From Octopus sinensis (Eukaryota), in contig NC_043007.1 in NCBI RefSeq assembly GCF_006345805.1, positions 5,208,001-5,272,000 on the forward strand: a stretch of 64,000 nt of DNA, given 5' to 3'. Position 1 is the stretch's first letter; each line of letters starts with the position of its first letter. Shown piece after piece: positions 62,874 to 64,000 of this stretch. The translations under genes were made by a program, and so were the position numbers. A model generated the notes under the pieces. The model was given only the letters and a program-made list of their open reading frames with translations. It did no database searches and was not told where the DNA came from.

Positions 62874-63667
62874 TGAAAAAGCTATGAATATGATAATGAA
62901 GATGATTTTGATGATGATGATGACGATGACGACGATTGTAATGGTGATGATAATGTTGTTGTTGCTGATGATGATGTGATCATGTTTTTGAGGGTGTTGT
63001 TGTTGTTGTTGGTGGTGGTGGTCATAGTAATAATGAAAAATTTGTGTATGCATAGATGTATATATATGTATTTACACACACACACACACACACACGTACT
63101 TAGCCCATAGCAAAAAACAATTTCAACATAAAACAGCCCCCAAAAAATGATAAAATAAAAGCATAAATAATTAAATGAAGCTGCATCTTTGATTCATAGT
63201 AAAGCATTTTAGATGCCAGGCTCCATCATAGAGTTTACTTTAGGCAAGAGATGCTGACAAGTTGGAGGGAGATGGAGGTTTATAGGAGAAGTAAACCATA
63301 AGAAACATCTGGGATTTGTTACCTGAGTCCAATGAAGAGTTAAGAAACCCGTGGCTTTTGGTTGTTTTCCTTCTTGGAATCTGTTTGATATTTTGTCTGG
63401 TGATGACATGTTGGTCTGTGTTAGCGTTTAGCCCCGGGTAGGCTCCATGATCAGCCAAGCATTTAATGATCAAAACATTTCTAGCTATGACCATCCAATC
63501 CCTTCTTATCTTTCGTTTATCAGATGTAGTGTACTCAATGTGCCCCTAATTAATGAAAGGGAATAATTAGATGGGCGAATGATTTGAGGCAGATTTGTCC
63601 GCTAATTTTAGCAGATCATAGGCATACCTGGTCACTACAAAGAATAAGTTCGTTTTATATGCAGGTA

Positions 63668-63707
<40 letters not shown>

Positions 63708-64000
63708 TGTGTATGTACGTATGTATGTATATGCATGGCCTAGTGGTAAGGGCGTTGCTCTCATGATCACAAGATAGCAGTTTCAATTCCTGGACCAGCT
63801 GTTGCATTGTGTTCTTGAGCAAAACACATCATCTCGCTTTGGTCTGTGATCACATTGACACCTGACATGTGGTGCACCATGGCCCCAGCTCAGGTGACAT
63901 CAGTTTGATGAAAGGAGCAAACAAAAATACCTCATTTGATTACAATAAACAAATCATTTGTGCAGGTGATTCAACAAGAAAGTGCAGGGCTGTCTTTCTT

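Overview
Eukaryotic, AT-rich, microsatellite- and retroposon-dense genomic DNA. The SINE families look like those of Octopus (coleoid cephalopod); this is recognition from memory, not a database result. No host protein-coding gene can be firmly identified. There is one good-looking internal exon candidate (minus strand, 7558-7682) and a possible first exon or promoter zone near 49.4-50.3 kb. Nearly all long ORFs in the track are microsatellite or minisatellite artefacts. The window holds four SINE families (called A-D here), fragments of RTE, CR1/L2 and R4/Dong LINEs, maT (DD37D) Tc1/mariner fragments, piggyBac-type MITEs, and a ~3 kb element bounded by ~230-bp inverted repeats. It also holds two minisatellites: a 25-bp one derived from a SINE A-box and a 31-bp one with higher-order structure. 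CpG content rises sharply in a ~39-53 kb domain flanked by CpG-depleted DNA. The most notable signal is eight type I hammerhead-ribozyme motifs from several sequence families, in short Penelope/retrozyme-like inserts mostly in or next to (TA)n runs. They include non-canonical cores, one with a compensatory G3:C8 swap.
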